NCBI GenBank assembly: GCA_963776275.1 | Contig: CAVZMI010000023.1 | Span: 384,001 to 448,000 of the forward strand | Origin: Ignavibacteriota bacterium | GTDB lineage: Bacteria > Bacteroidota > Ignavibacteria > UBA10030 > CAVZMI01 | Reading direction: 5' to 3' | Length of the DNA: 64,000 nucleotides | Shown: positions 9,015 through 17,519 of the stretch, in pieces | Numbering within the stretch: position 1 is the first letter of the stretch | How the letters are laid out: the number at the start of each line of letters is the position of its first letter | Position numbers and translations under genes: made by a program | Notes under the pieces: model-generated | Told to the model about the DNA's origin: nothing | Database searches by the model: none | The model's input: only the letters and a program-made list of their open reading frames with translations

Positions 9015-11033
9015 TCACAATTGCACTGTGAACGATACAGTATAACTTCTTCGCGGCATCGGGTAACCAGACATTACTTCATAGCATTTATTAAACAGAT
9101 TTTGAATCGAAACCATGAATTTAGACGAGAAAAGACCGACGAGAACATCTGTACCGCAGTTCAATCCCGTTGTAGCATACGAAGGAAGAACTAGATCGGG
9201 ATTGTTCTCGGCCGTTGTATATCGAAGTCCAGTATAGTGCCACTCGAGACCTAACCACACCTTCGGCAGCCATGAAATCGGTGTATGCGGATTCCATTGA
9301 ACAGCTACTTTCCCAATCTCGCGGGGTATGAAAGGGAGTTGTTTCATATATGTCTGGTCGTTTTCTCCATCGCTGTTCTCCTTCGTTGTCTTTAATGTTG
9401 TATAATTTCCATTCAATGAGAATTTTTCATCCGGGGTTCTGAGAGTAAATGAGAACTCGAATCCTGTTGAGAGCGACTTTCCAATATTTTGAGGGAACCA
9501 GAGTCCGCCCTCGCCGGGAGCCCAAAGGATCCTGTTGATCGTCCGGATATTAAACCATGTAATTTCAACTGTGTGAGACAGAGAGAAATCATTGATAAAA
9601 AGTATTCCGGCTTCATAGCTCGTTGAATTCTCCGGTTTCAATTCCGGATTACCGCTCCACGGGTAATATAGCTCGTTGAATGTCGGGACACGGTAATTCG
9701 TACCAACACTTCCGCGAAGCGTTACCGTTGCGTTCCTCAGTCCCCATCCCATGATCGGAACCGACCGAAGCGATATGGCAAGTTTCGGACTTATTTTCGA
9801 GCCGATTTCCGAGAAGCGATCATACCGTAATGCCGGGAGTATATAGATAGATTCAACGACATCCCCAAGTCCCTGCCAGCGGAAATCATAGGTAGAATAG
9901 AGGCTCTGTTGAGTCCGCTGTGGCGTTGTTGTTAATTCATTCCCTTCCAACGAGTACTTGCGTATCTCCGTACCGAAGATAAGCATGCTTTTTCCCGAGA
10001 CAGGGACGTCGAATTCGGCGGTACCACCATGCATCGTATTCAATGAATATGTGTCGAGAGGTCCGTTCCCGTACGGATAGAGCGGATCCTCATACCGTTG
10101 ATAGAGTTGCTGAACATCGGCTGTTATACGGCACTGTATTATACCAGCGATCGGGAATCCCGAAGAGAGAAGAAGGCGGAGAGTACGATCCTGCTGACGG
10201 GCAACTCCATCGGGAGCCGACTGAGAGAGGATTTGCCCCGGAATGCCGCGAACACTCCCACCGTACCACAGTAGTGCCCGTATGGATGAGGAAGTGCCGA
10301 GTTTTGTTGAGAGAGAAAAAAGGAGATTTTTCCGGTTGTAGTCATTGTTATCCCGGTACCGTGAAATCTGTTCCGTTTGTTGGGAGAGTGTATAGGGAAA
10401 ATTTCCGGTACTCCGTTCCATGAATGCTCCGCCCGTGATCGAGACCGGTTCCACCGTCTGTCGAATGCTCAAGCCGGCTTTACTTGTCCCGAAAGAACCG
10501 ATGGCGCTATGAAGTGAAATGGAAGGTTTCTCTTCGCCCTGTGGAAATACAATATTCACCGATCCTGCCACCGCATCGGCCCCAACGATGGCTGAATTCC
10601 CGCTCCGGATCACTTCGATACGTTCGATCATTTCAACAGGAATTTCTCCACAATCAACAACACCATTCTGCATATTTGATAACCGTACGCCGTTTACCAA
10701 GAAAACTGTATGCTCGGCACTCATTCCGCGGAGAGTGATTGTCTTTATATTATTCCCTCCATAGTCCTTGATAAATAGGGCCGTTGACCCGTTCAGTGCG
10801 TCGGAAAGCCGATAGGCATTTCGCTCCAGAAGACTCGCACTTGAGATGACTTCGGCCGCTACCGGCGATTCGTTCCGGAGCATTTCGGTCCTTGACGCGC
10901 TGACGATAACCTCGTCAAGACGGTAGAGCGTTGAATCGCTGTGGGTACCGGTAGATGAACCAGAATCTGCCGCGTCGACATGCAGTAATGTCCCTGAAAG
11001 GAGAACTCCTAATAATATTCTTCTCATATACAT
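9015..11033 (-). CDS. btuB: TonB-dependent receptor, BtuB-like cobalamin transporter
   Basis: Signal peptide, DEVIVSASR TonB box, plug (LRGM..IERIEVIRS), NPELKPE, NLFNK.YE...YPMPRR; cobalamin riboswitch upstream. Confidence 0.82.
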   Translation of the reverse strand: MYMRRILLGVLLSGTLLHVDAADSGSSTGTHSDSTLYRLDEVIVSASRTEMLRNESPVAAEVISSASLLERNAYRLSDALNGSTALFIKDYGGNNIKTITLRGMSAEHTVFLVNGVRLSNMQNGVVDCGEIPVEMIERIEVIRSGNSAIVGADAVAGSVNIVFPQGEEKPSISLHSAIGSFGTSKAGLSIRQTVEPVSITGGAFMERSTGNFPYTLSQQTEQISRYRDNNDYNRKNLLFSLSTKLGTSSSIRALLWYGGSVRGIPGQILSQSAPDGVARQQDRTLRLLLSSGFPIAGIIQCRITADVQQLYQRYEDPLYPYGNGPLDTYSLNTMHGGTAEFDVPVSGKSMLIFGTEIRKYSLEGNELTTTPQRTQQSLYSTYDFRWQGLGDVVESIYILPALRYDRFSEIGSKISPKLAISLRSVPIMGWGLRNATVTLRGSVGTNYRVPTFNELYYPWSGNPELKPENSTSYEAGILFINDFSLSHTVEITWFNIRTINRILWAPGEGGLWFPQNIGKSLSTGFEFSFTLRTPDEKFSLNGNYTTLKTTKENSDGENDQTYMKQLPFIPREIGKVAVQWNPHTPISWLPKVWLGLEWHYTGLRYTTAENNPDLVLPSYATTGLNCGTDVLVGLFSSKFMVSIQNLFNKCYEVMSGYPMPRRSYTVSFTVQL

Positions 11034-11074
11034 AAAAAAACCCCTTTCTTCGGCGGAAACCGGAGATTGGGGTT
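11034..11074 (-). terminator. Riboswitch expression platform: terminator/SD-sequestering hairpin
   Basis: Minus strand AACCCC..TCTCCGG...CCGAAGA.AGGGGTT followed by a T-tract directly before the ATG. Confidence 0.55.
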
Positions 11075-11121
11075 ATAATCACCATCCATCCCCTTCCCGC
11101 GAAGGTATGTTTCGATGGAGT

Positions 11122-11376
11122 GCAGGCAGGTCTCCTGGCTTTCCCGAATTCTGATCCGTCTTCCCGTCCCCTTCCGTTTTCGGCGGATTCTGGGCAGTGA
11201 CGTCATTGAATCAGAGTTGTACCCCCTATGGATTATAGAGGGTCGGGATCACAGTTGCGGGGCAGCCTCCGAATTCCTGCATCACGTATCTATCGTTTCG
11301 CATCGATACGGGATGCCGGTCACGGAGTTCCCTTTTCACACAGTCTCGACTTCATCGAGACGATGCACCTTCACTC
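11122..11376 (-). ncRNA. Cobalamin riboswitch
   Basis: Minus strand AGGTGC...AAAAGGGAACTCCGTGA...AATTCGGAGGCTGCCCCGCAACTGTGA...GTCACTG...GGGAAG...AAGCCAGGAGACCTGCC (B12 box). Confidence 0.93.
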
Positions 11377-11411
11377 ATTATGAAAAAGAGCATTCTAAAA
11401 AAATGTTGTGC

Positions 11412-11440
11412 AATATACAGAATCGAAGTACAGATGTCAA
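11412..11440 (-). promoter_or_regulatory. sigma70-type promoter for riboswitch-btuB transcript
   Basis: TTGACA-N17-TATATT about 35 nt upstream of the riboswitch. Confidence 0.7.
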
Positions 11441-11547
11441 GAACTTTTTACACGAAATGAAAATAAATTGCCCGACGAATCATATTTACGAGATAAACAG
11501 TGTTGTAAATTGTGAGTCAAGGGCAAGTAGGGACGTAAGACTCTGAT

Positions 11548-11565
11548 CCACGGCGTGAGCCGTGG
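11548..11565. repeat. REP-like palindrome
   Basis: CCACGGC-GTGA-GCCGTGG perfect 7-bp stem downstream of ssb. Confidence 0.45.
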
Positions 11566-11635
11566 GAAAACGCATAGCAACTTCACTCATCGAGCCACAG
11601 AGTGTCTACGACTCGTAGAGGCGCAAGATAAAATC

Positions 11636-12082
11636 CTAAAATGGCAGATCGTCGTCTTTTTGAGATCCTCCTCCGATGTCCGTCCCCGGAGTCACCGAAC
11701 CTTCGGTACCGGGCGCTCCGCCTGTTGATCCGGGTCTGCCCGCCCCTCCCGCTCCATCGAGCATGATCATATCATCGGCGACAATTTCGGTTACATATTT
11801 TTTCACGCCGTTTTTATCGTCGTAGCTTCGTGTTTGAAGCCTACCTTCAATATAAACTTTTTTCCCCTTCTTCAGCCACTCACCGCAAATTTCTGCAAGT
11901 TTTCTCCATGCGACAATATTGTGCCACTCGGTGCGTTCCTGCAGATTTCCATCCTGATCTTTCCAGCTCTCGTTCGTTGCAATGGTGAACGTCGTCACGG
12001 CAACGCCGCTTGTGGTATAGCGAAGTTCAGGATCCCTCCCCAAATTCCCGATTAACATGACTTTATTCAGACTTTTAGCCAT
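11636..12082 (-). CDS. ssb: Single-stranded DNA-binding protein
   Basis: [27 protein letters not shown]-terminal DDDLPF. Confidence 0.98.
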   Translation of the reverse strand: MAKSLNKVMLIGNLGRDPELRYTTSGVAVTTFTIATNESWKDQDGNLQERTEWHNIVAWRKLAEICGEWLKKGKKVYIEGRLQTRSYDDKNGVKKYVTEIVADDMIMLDGAGGAGRPGSTGGAPGTEGSVTPGTDIGGGSQKDDDLPF

Positions 12083-12140
12083 CGGAAAAATCCTCTAATT
12101 ATTTTCTTATGTGTATTATTCGATTATTTTTACAACGAAA

Positions 12141-12169
12141 AGTATAGAAGAAAAATGTGATTAAAGCAA
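12141..12169 (-). promoter_or_regulatory. Putative ssb promoter
   Basis: TTGCTT-N17-TATACT. Confidence 0.5.
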
Positions 12170-12176
12170 GCTCTTT

Positions 12177-13103
12177 TCACTCTTTAGGAGGATGAAGATC
12201 AAATAGTGTCACTTGATGTGCCGTGAGAATGTATATCCGATTGTTTCGATACACACAATCTAAAATGATATGATCATGCTGCTGATTATTTTCCGGTACC
12301 GGCAAAACTATAGTCTGTTGTTCATGCCATTCCGTTCCGTCTAACCGAAGAATAGTTACGGAACTATCGGAAGTACAAATCCATTGAGATGTCGAAGCAT
12401 CAAATGAGCAGCTCGATATTTTTTCCGCATTATGATATCTATTAAGAAAATTTCCATAGAGATCGAAGAATATCAGGTCGTTTCCATCGACTACCGCAAG
12501 GACATCTGTAAGACTTGCGCGGACGCGTGTTGGATGCAAAAGCCGGCCCATCCCTGCGTCAAAGCCGCCGAATGTCGCTATGAGTGCTCCTGTTGCATCC
12601 ATTTTGATAATGCGTGCATTATCACCATCGAGAATAAAAATATCATTATGACGTGATACTGCGAGACTGCGAGGATAACGAAAAATCGGACTTGCCGGAT
12701 CGGGATATGTACCTGTAATGGATGATACATAGTTAAGATTTTTATCAAATATTTGAATCCGGTTATTTCCGTAATCGGCAATAAAAATTCTTAACGGTTG
12801 TACCGCATCAACATCTGAAGGTTGATCGAATTCGAGGTTTCCCCATCCTCTGCCGCTCAGCATACGGAGTATCTCTCCCGAAGCAGCCATTTCAATAACA
12901 GCCTCATTTCCCGCATCAACGATCACTATTATTCCATCGAGTGTGAGCGACATTGCACGTGCGTCCGTGAATGAACCGTAAGAATGGATTGCTTCCGCCG
13001 CCTCAAAGGATCGCTGGGCCTGCATGGTAGAAATTGCCGTGACGGCACAAAATAAAGAGAAGCAGAGAATCCATTTATATTTACGAGCATGAAAATATTG
13101 CAT
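12177..13103 (-). CDS. Exported NHL-repeat (beta-propeller) protein
   Basis: Signal peptide; FDQPSDV..IFIADYGNNRIQIFD and FRYPRSLAV..IFILDGDNARI repeats. Confidence 0.85.
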   Translation of the reverse strand: MQYFHARKYKWILCFSLFCAVTAISTMQAQRSFEAAEAIHSYGSFTDARAMSLTLDGIIVIVDAGNEAVIEMAASGEILRMLSGRGWGNLEFDQPSDVDAVQPLRIFIADYGNNRIQIFDKNLNYVSSITGTYPDPASPIFRYPRSLAVSRHNDIFILDGDNARIIKMDATGALIATFGGFDAGMGRLLHPTRVRASLTDVLAVVDGNDLIFFDLYGNFLNRYHNAEKISSCSFDASTSQWICTSDSSVTILRLDGTEWHEQQTIVLPVPENNQQHDHIILDCVYRNNRIYILTAHQVTLFDLHPPKE

Positions 13104-13121
13104 GATTTCCGTCGTCTCAAT

Positions 13122-13155
13122 AAAAGAGGAGCTCCACTTAGGGGAGCTCCTCTTT
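13122..13155. terminator. Intrinsic terminator after the PorV-like gene
   Basis: AAAGAGGAGCTCC-N7-GGAGCTCCTCTTT, 13-bp perfect stem flanked by A/T tracts. Confidence 0.8.
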
Positions 13156-13183
13156 ACTTATAATGCTGTTATGAACTAGTCTT

Positions 13184-14217
13184 TTAGAAACCGGCTTTGA
13201 CAGTAATCCATTGGTTACCGCCGAAGAAATCCGTTTTCCTGTACGAGTAATCGAAAGAAACGGATGATGTTCCGATCGGAATCTTCACTCCAACTCCGAA
13301 AGTCGGTCCAAAGATATTGTCCGATTGATTCTGGGATCGATTCGTACCACCGCGAAGGAAAAGCATGTTATTCCACGCATACTCCAGACCGATGCTATAC
13401 TCATCGTTCCCATAGTTTGAATTTTGGAAATTACCGGCAATACTTATTTTGTGTTGTTCGGCTACATCGAAATCATATCCGAGTCCCATCTCAAGTGTTG
13501 ATGGAAGATCGAATTGCTGGCCGGGAACTGCCAATGAACGTTGACGAGCCCCCGGTTCCTGTCCCGGTATCTCGACAAAGGATTCCATATCTTGACCGGA
13601 AAAAACCATTTTTGGACCGAGGTTTTTCAGTACGACACCGAGTTTCAATCCGGATGATCCCGATACATATTGAATGCCAATATCAACTGCGAAACCCGTC
13701 GCGCTCGTACGTATGATCGATTCATTGATGAGTTTCACCGTGGCACCACCGTATATTCTGTCGGTAAACGCACGTGCAAAGGTGAGCCCGACGGTAATAT
13801 AGCTTGGACTATAGGTTGTGCCAGTGCCTTCGGGGAAATCGGTTGTAGTCACCGGAATATCACCAAAGCTTAACGAACGTGCCGTTAGTCCAAGAGTGCC
13901 GACATCGCCCAGCGATGCTGCAACACCGAAATAATTGAGTTTAATATCGCCAATATAATTCAAGTTCGAAAACATTAATTCCACGAACCGGGAATTCGCG
14001 CCATACCTGCTGGATTCCACGCTATGGCTTCAACGCCAGAGACAGAAGCATTTACTGCTCCGCTCATTGCTGTTCCCTGAGATCCAACCGGAACAAGCAA
14101 CTCCGTCGCTCCGGCCGTCCCTCCTCGGGTATCGGATCCGCTATAAGCGATGTCTACACTTATACATACCACAAATAGTGGTAAAAGAAACGTAGACAAA
14201 TTTTTTATGATATCCAT
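13184..14217 (-). CDS. PorV/PorQ (UPF0164)-family outer-membrane beta-barrel; single frameshift near 13984
   Basis: GTAGATELLVPVGSQGTAMSGA..AIAWNPAG N-terminus joins VELMFS..; alternating beta strands; EYAWNNMLFLRGG; terminal Phe. Confidence 0.8.
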
Positions 14218-14277
14218 TGTTGCTCTCCTCAAGTTGAAAATTGGTGGCAAATACCCTGACACAAAAACATTTTGGGA

Positions 14278-17200
14278 TTAATAATTATCCAATCGCTCTT
14301 CCGACATAATGACTGCCATCTTCAGGATTTTTGTTCCTATACCCGGCATGTCAATATATGCAACATACATACCGCTGGCGACTGGGAGGGCGCTAGTATT
14401 CAACAGATCCCAATCTGCTGTTGTCCTTGTGTCATTTTTATCGATCACACGAACGAGCTGGCCGGCAAGATTGAATATTCTAATCTTTGCCGTCTGCGGC
14501 AGATTTGTAATTCGTACCACATGATTGAACTGATCGCGTTCATAAGCACTTGCACCAAAGTATGGATTCGGGACTGCCATGATTTTGTCTAAATCGATCC
14601 TCGCCAGAGAATCATTCTGGGTCGGCGCTGTCGATATAGTAACTGTATAAACGTTTGCAGCTTTTATTGGTTTGTAAGGTATTACAATGAATTTAGATGC
14701 AGCGTTGCCAGTTGTCTGTCCATCCACTAACGCGATCGACATAGCATACATCATATCTGCCCCCGATTTGGCTGTTGCTACATCCGACCAATCAGCAGCG
14801 ACATGACCAACCGCATTTTGATAGAGCCACTGTCCTCCGGCTGCATTATACGTCCTGTTATATATGATTGCAAACTCAAGATAATTATCGACAGTAGGAT
14901 TGAATGTCGCATCGTTATCTTGATCACGCCAGGAAACGGTGAGCTGCCGGGGACTTGCCGGATTTGTCATATCCCAAACCGTAAATGGAACAGGGACAAA
15001 CGGGTCGGTTTCCTGAATAACATAGGAAGTGCTCACGCCGCCAACCCTTCTCATTCTGTAAGCATTTTGTGATTGGCCCGGACCGAATCGAACTTCGATC
15101 GGTGTATTATTAAGCATATCCCATGCACTACTCATATGTCCTAAGTAACTAGGCATATCACTTCCTATGATCATAATGATATACCCCGATTCTGTTGGAT
15201 CCAGAACCCCACCTCCGGTACTAGAAACGAACCAACCTGTCGATTCAAGCCAGCTTATATCACCCACGACGGAACAGGAATCTGGATTCGGTTTTGATTC
15301 GACATCAAGAACGACCCATTCGATCCCATCTTTTATCGGCCATGAATAACTATTCCCACCTTGAGCAGGACCCAAATTCGGCGAAGTGAGAAGATCTTGT
15401 GCAACCGTTTCATCGCGCAATTTCCAGCCCACTCTTGTTCCCTCCTCGTAATTAGCCAATATAGAATATACATGTTTTTTAAGGAGCGCCGGATTTATCA
15501 CAATTGGAATTACAGTGGCTTCCGATACCCCGGCAGTATGAACTACATCAGAAGCTCCCGCAACATGCTTCGCAACGGTCCTTAGCGTATCTCCATTACT
15601 TGCATGCAATCGTTCACCGGGTAATTGTGTCGGACGAACCCTTATAGTTTTGATTGCGCTTTCCAATGTTTTAGGCACGCTCTCTTTATTGAAAGTATAT
15701 GAAGTAACTGCAAAATAATAATCCTTTCCATTGGCAAGCGGATTACCCGTATATACGTCGGTTGTAATACGAATAGATCGCTGGATTCCTTTATTCTCGC
15801 CAAACTTCACCGGCTTATTCACTATATTCCCGACTGTTTTATCAAATACGTCGTCGTAAATAATTGCCGGACTTGCCAGGGCCGGATCATGAGGATTAAC
15901 CTTGAGGTCGTATGTTTTCAGCATCCTTGGGTCATCACCCGATATATTAGCCAGTTGATACACGACATACCCCTCGAACATATAGGTATCAAATGTCGCT
16001 GCCGCTGCTGCGGCAATTGGATCGGGCGTCACCGTATTTTCAATTTCGGTAGTAGCCGAATCGTCTTCGCCCCACGATAACACAATCTCATTGTCAAGTT
16101 GCGCCACCGTTACCGTTGGAGCTAACGGTGGTGGAGACAATGTAAAGTTGAGATCATAGGCAAGTTGTGCCGCTGCATCTGTGACTCTCAACGATGAAAC
16201 ACTTCCAAGATTGGTCGTTCCCTGAGCGATAAGATTTGCGGCGACAATTTCTTGTGTATCGCCGACAGCCATTGTGAAATGACCGGCCGTCATCATGAAA
16301 CGTCGATCGCCGGGGACGTCCGTATTTTCAATCCAGTTCGTCGCAGCATCGTATGCTTTTGTTGGGTCGCCCGGATACATGAACTTAGCGGGATTACCCA
16401 GATCGTCAACGATCGGAGATCCATCCCGGGCAAGACCTTTCATATAATTGTATGATTCCGCTCCGACATCCGGATTTCCCATCTTCGAACGATCGTTACT
16501 ATATTTTACGTATCGTGTCATCTTGAGGAATTTCTTCCCGGGGAAAATCCGACCATCCGGAAATTTTGCCGTATCTTGAGCTGTTCCATTTACAAGCGGC
16601 CCCTGCAAGAAATCGAATCCGGCTGCAGGCGCGATTTGGTAGCCGGCTGCACTCGTATTGGCACAATAGGTATATCCTATCCCGAGTGTCGTATCGCATC
16701 CATCGTAATCATTTGCACCGTCACCGATATCGCAATCCGCCCAAATTGTGACATACGTATCGTCAAGTTTGTTGCCGCCCTTATTTATCACTTTCCACTT
16801 GCAATAAATTACATTTCCGAGAGCATCGGATCGATTGTATGCAAAAGCGGTCATTTGAACTTCAATGCCGAGTGGTTCAGTTTTCTGGTTTGTATGCACC
16901 TTCGGATTATTATCGTTATAGACACACCAGACCATCATATCGCCGATGAGTGCCGGAATACGACTTCCGTCGGCGTCAAGGCTATCTGTCCCATCGACTT
17001 TTTTCAAAACGGGTGCGCCATCCTGCCACGGCCAGTTCGCCCAATCGGGATTTGATTTAGCATCGTCGCCCCGTTTGATTTTATAGACGTGATATCTATC
17101 AGCACCCGGGTCGACTCCTGCAGCAATAGGGCCGGCATCGAACTCATAAGAGTATTCTGCAATTGCCACTCGAGCTGAACCGTTGACTAAAGCTCCCATC

Positions 17201-17469
17201 CATAGACCTGACGCATAGATAGCGGTGTTGCCAGATCCTTTTGGCCACTCGAAACCGGCAGATCCCGTACCGGGGTCACGGTTGAACGATCCGTTGTTTC
17301 GAACAAAGGTCGATATATTGTTCACATCGAATTTGACATAATCACCCTTTGTAGCAACCTTCGCGAGTCTGTATGGGTCATTCCCTTTGTTGTGTCTATC
17401 ATAGGGAGCCATGCTCATCGATAGTACTGCAAGGATGAGCAAGACAATTAATAGGGTTGTTCTTTTCAT
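14278..17469 (-). CDS. Large secreted protein with T9SS-like C-terminal sorting domain
   Basis: Signal peptide; Fn3-like segment (PPLAPTV..LSW..YYFAVTSY); C-terminal VPNPY..ITNLP..KIRIFNLAGQLVR..WDL..VASGMY..KILKMAVI. Confidence 0.78.
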   Translation of the reverse strand: MKRTTLLIVLLILAVLSMSMAPYDRHNKGNDPYRLAKVATKGDYVKFDVNNISTFVRNNGSFNRDPGTGSAGFEWPKGSGNTAIYASGLWMGALVNGSARVAIAEYSYEFDAGPIAAGVDPGADRYHVYKIKRGDDAKSNPDWANWPWQDGAPVLKKVDGTDSLDADGSRIPALIGDMMVWCVYNDNNPKVHTNQKTEPLGIEVQMTAFAYNRSDALGNVIYCKWKVINKGGNKLDDTYVTIWADCDIGDGANDYDGCDTTLGIGYTYCANTSAAGYQIAPAAGFDFLQGPLVNGTAQDTAKFPDGRIFPGKKFLKMTRYVKYSNDRSKMGNPDVGAESYNYMKGLARDGSPIVDDLGNPAKFMYPGDPTKAYDAATNWIENTDVPGDRRFMMTAGHFTMAVGDTQEIVAANLIAQGTTNLGSVSSLRVTDAAAQLAYDLNFTLSPPPLAPTVTVAQLDNEIVLSWGEDDSATTEIENTVTPDPIAAAAAATFDTYMFEGYVVYQLANISGDDPRMLKTYDLKVNPHDPALASPAIIYDDVFDKTVGNIVNKPVKFGENKGIQRSIRITTDVYTGNPLANGKDYYFAVTSYTFNKESVPKTLESAIKTIRVRPTQLPGERLHASNGDTLRTVAKHVAGASDVVHTAGVSEATVIPIVINPALLKKHVYSILANYEEGTRVGWKLRDETVAQDLLTSPNLGPAQGGNSYSWPIKDGIEWVVLDVESKPNPDSCSVVGDISWLESTGWFVSSTGGGVLDPTESGYIIMIIGSDMPSYLGHMSSAWDMLNNTPIEVRFGPGQSQNAYRMRRVGGVSTSYVIQETDPFVPVPFTVWDMTNPASPRQLTVSWRDQDNDATFNPTVDNYLEFAIIYNRTYNAAGGQWLYQNAVGHVAADWSDVATAKSGADMMYAMSIALVDGQTTGNAASKFIVIPYKPIKAANVYTVTISTAPTQNDSLARIDLDKIMAVPNPYFGASAYERDQFNHVVRITNLPQTAKIRIFNLAGQLVRVIDKNDTRTTADWDLLNTSALPVASGMYVAYIDMPGIGTKILKMAVIMSEERLDNY

Positions 17470-17519
17470 ATAAAATTTTCTCCTCAGAGTAATGTGAACT
17501 CACATTCGCAGAGACATTA

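Noticed and set aside
11115-11546. 143-aa plus-strand ORF and 60-aa minus-strand ORF upstream of btuB
   Set aside because: They overlie the cobalamin riboswitch, which explains the sequence
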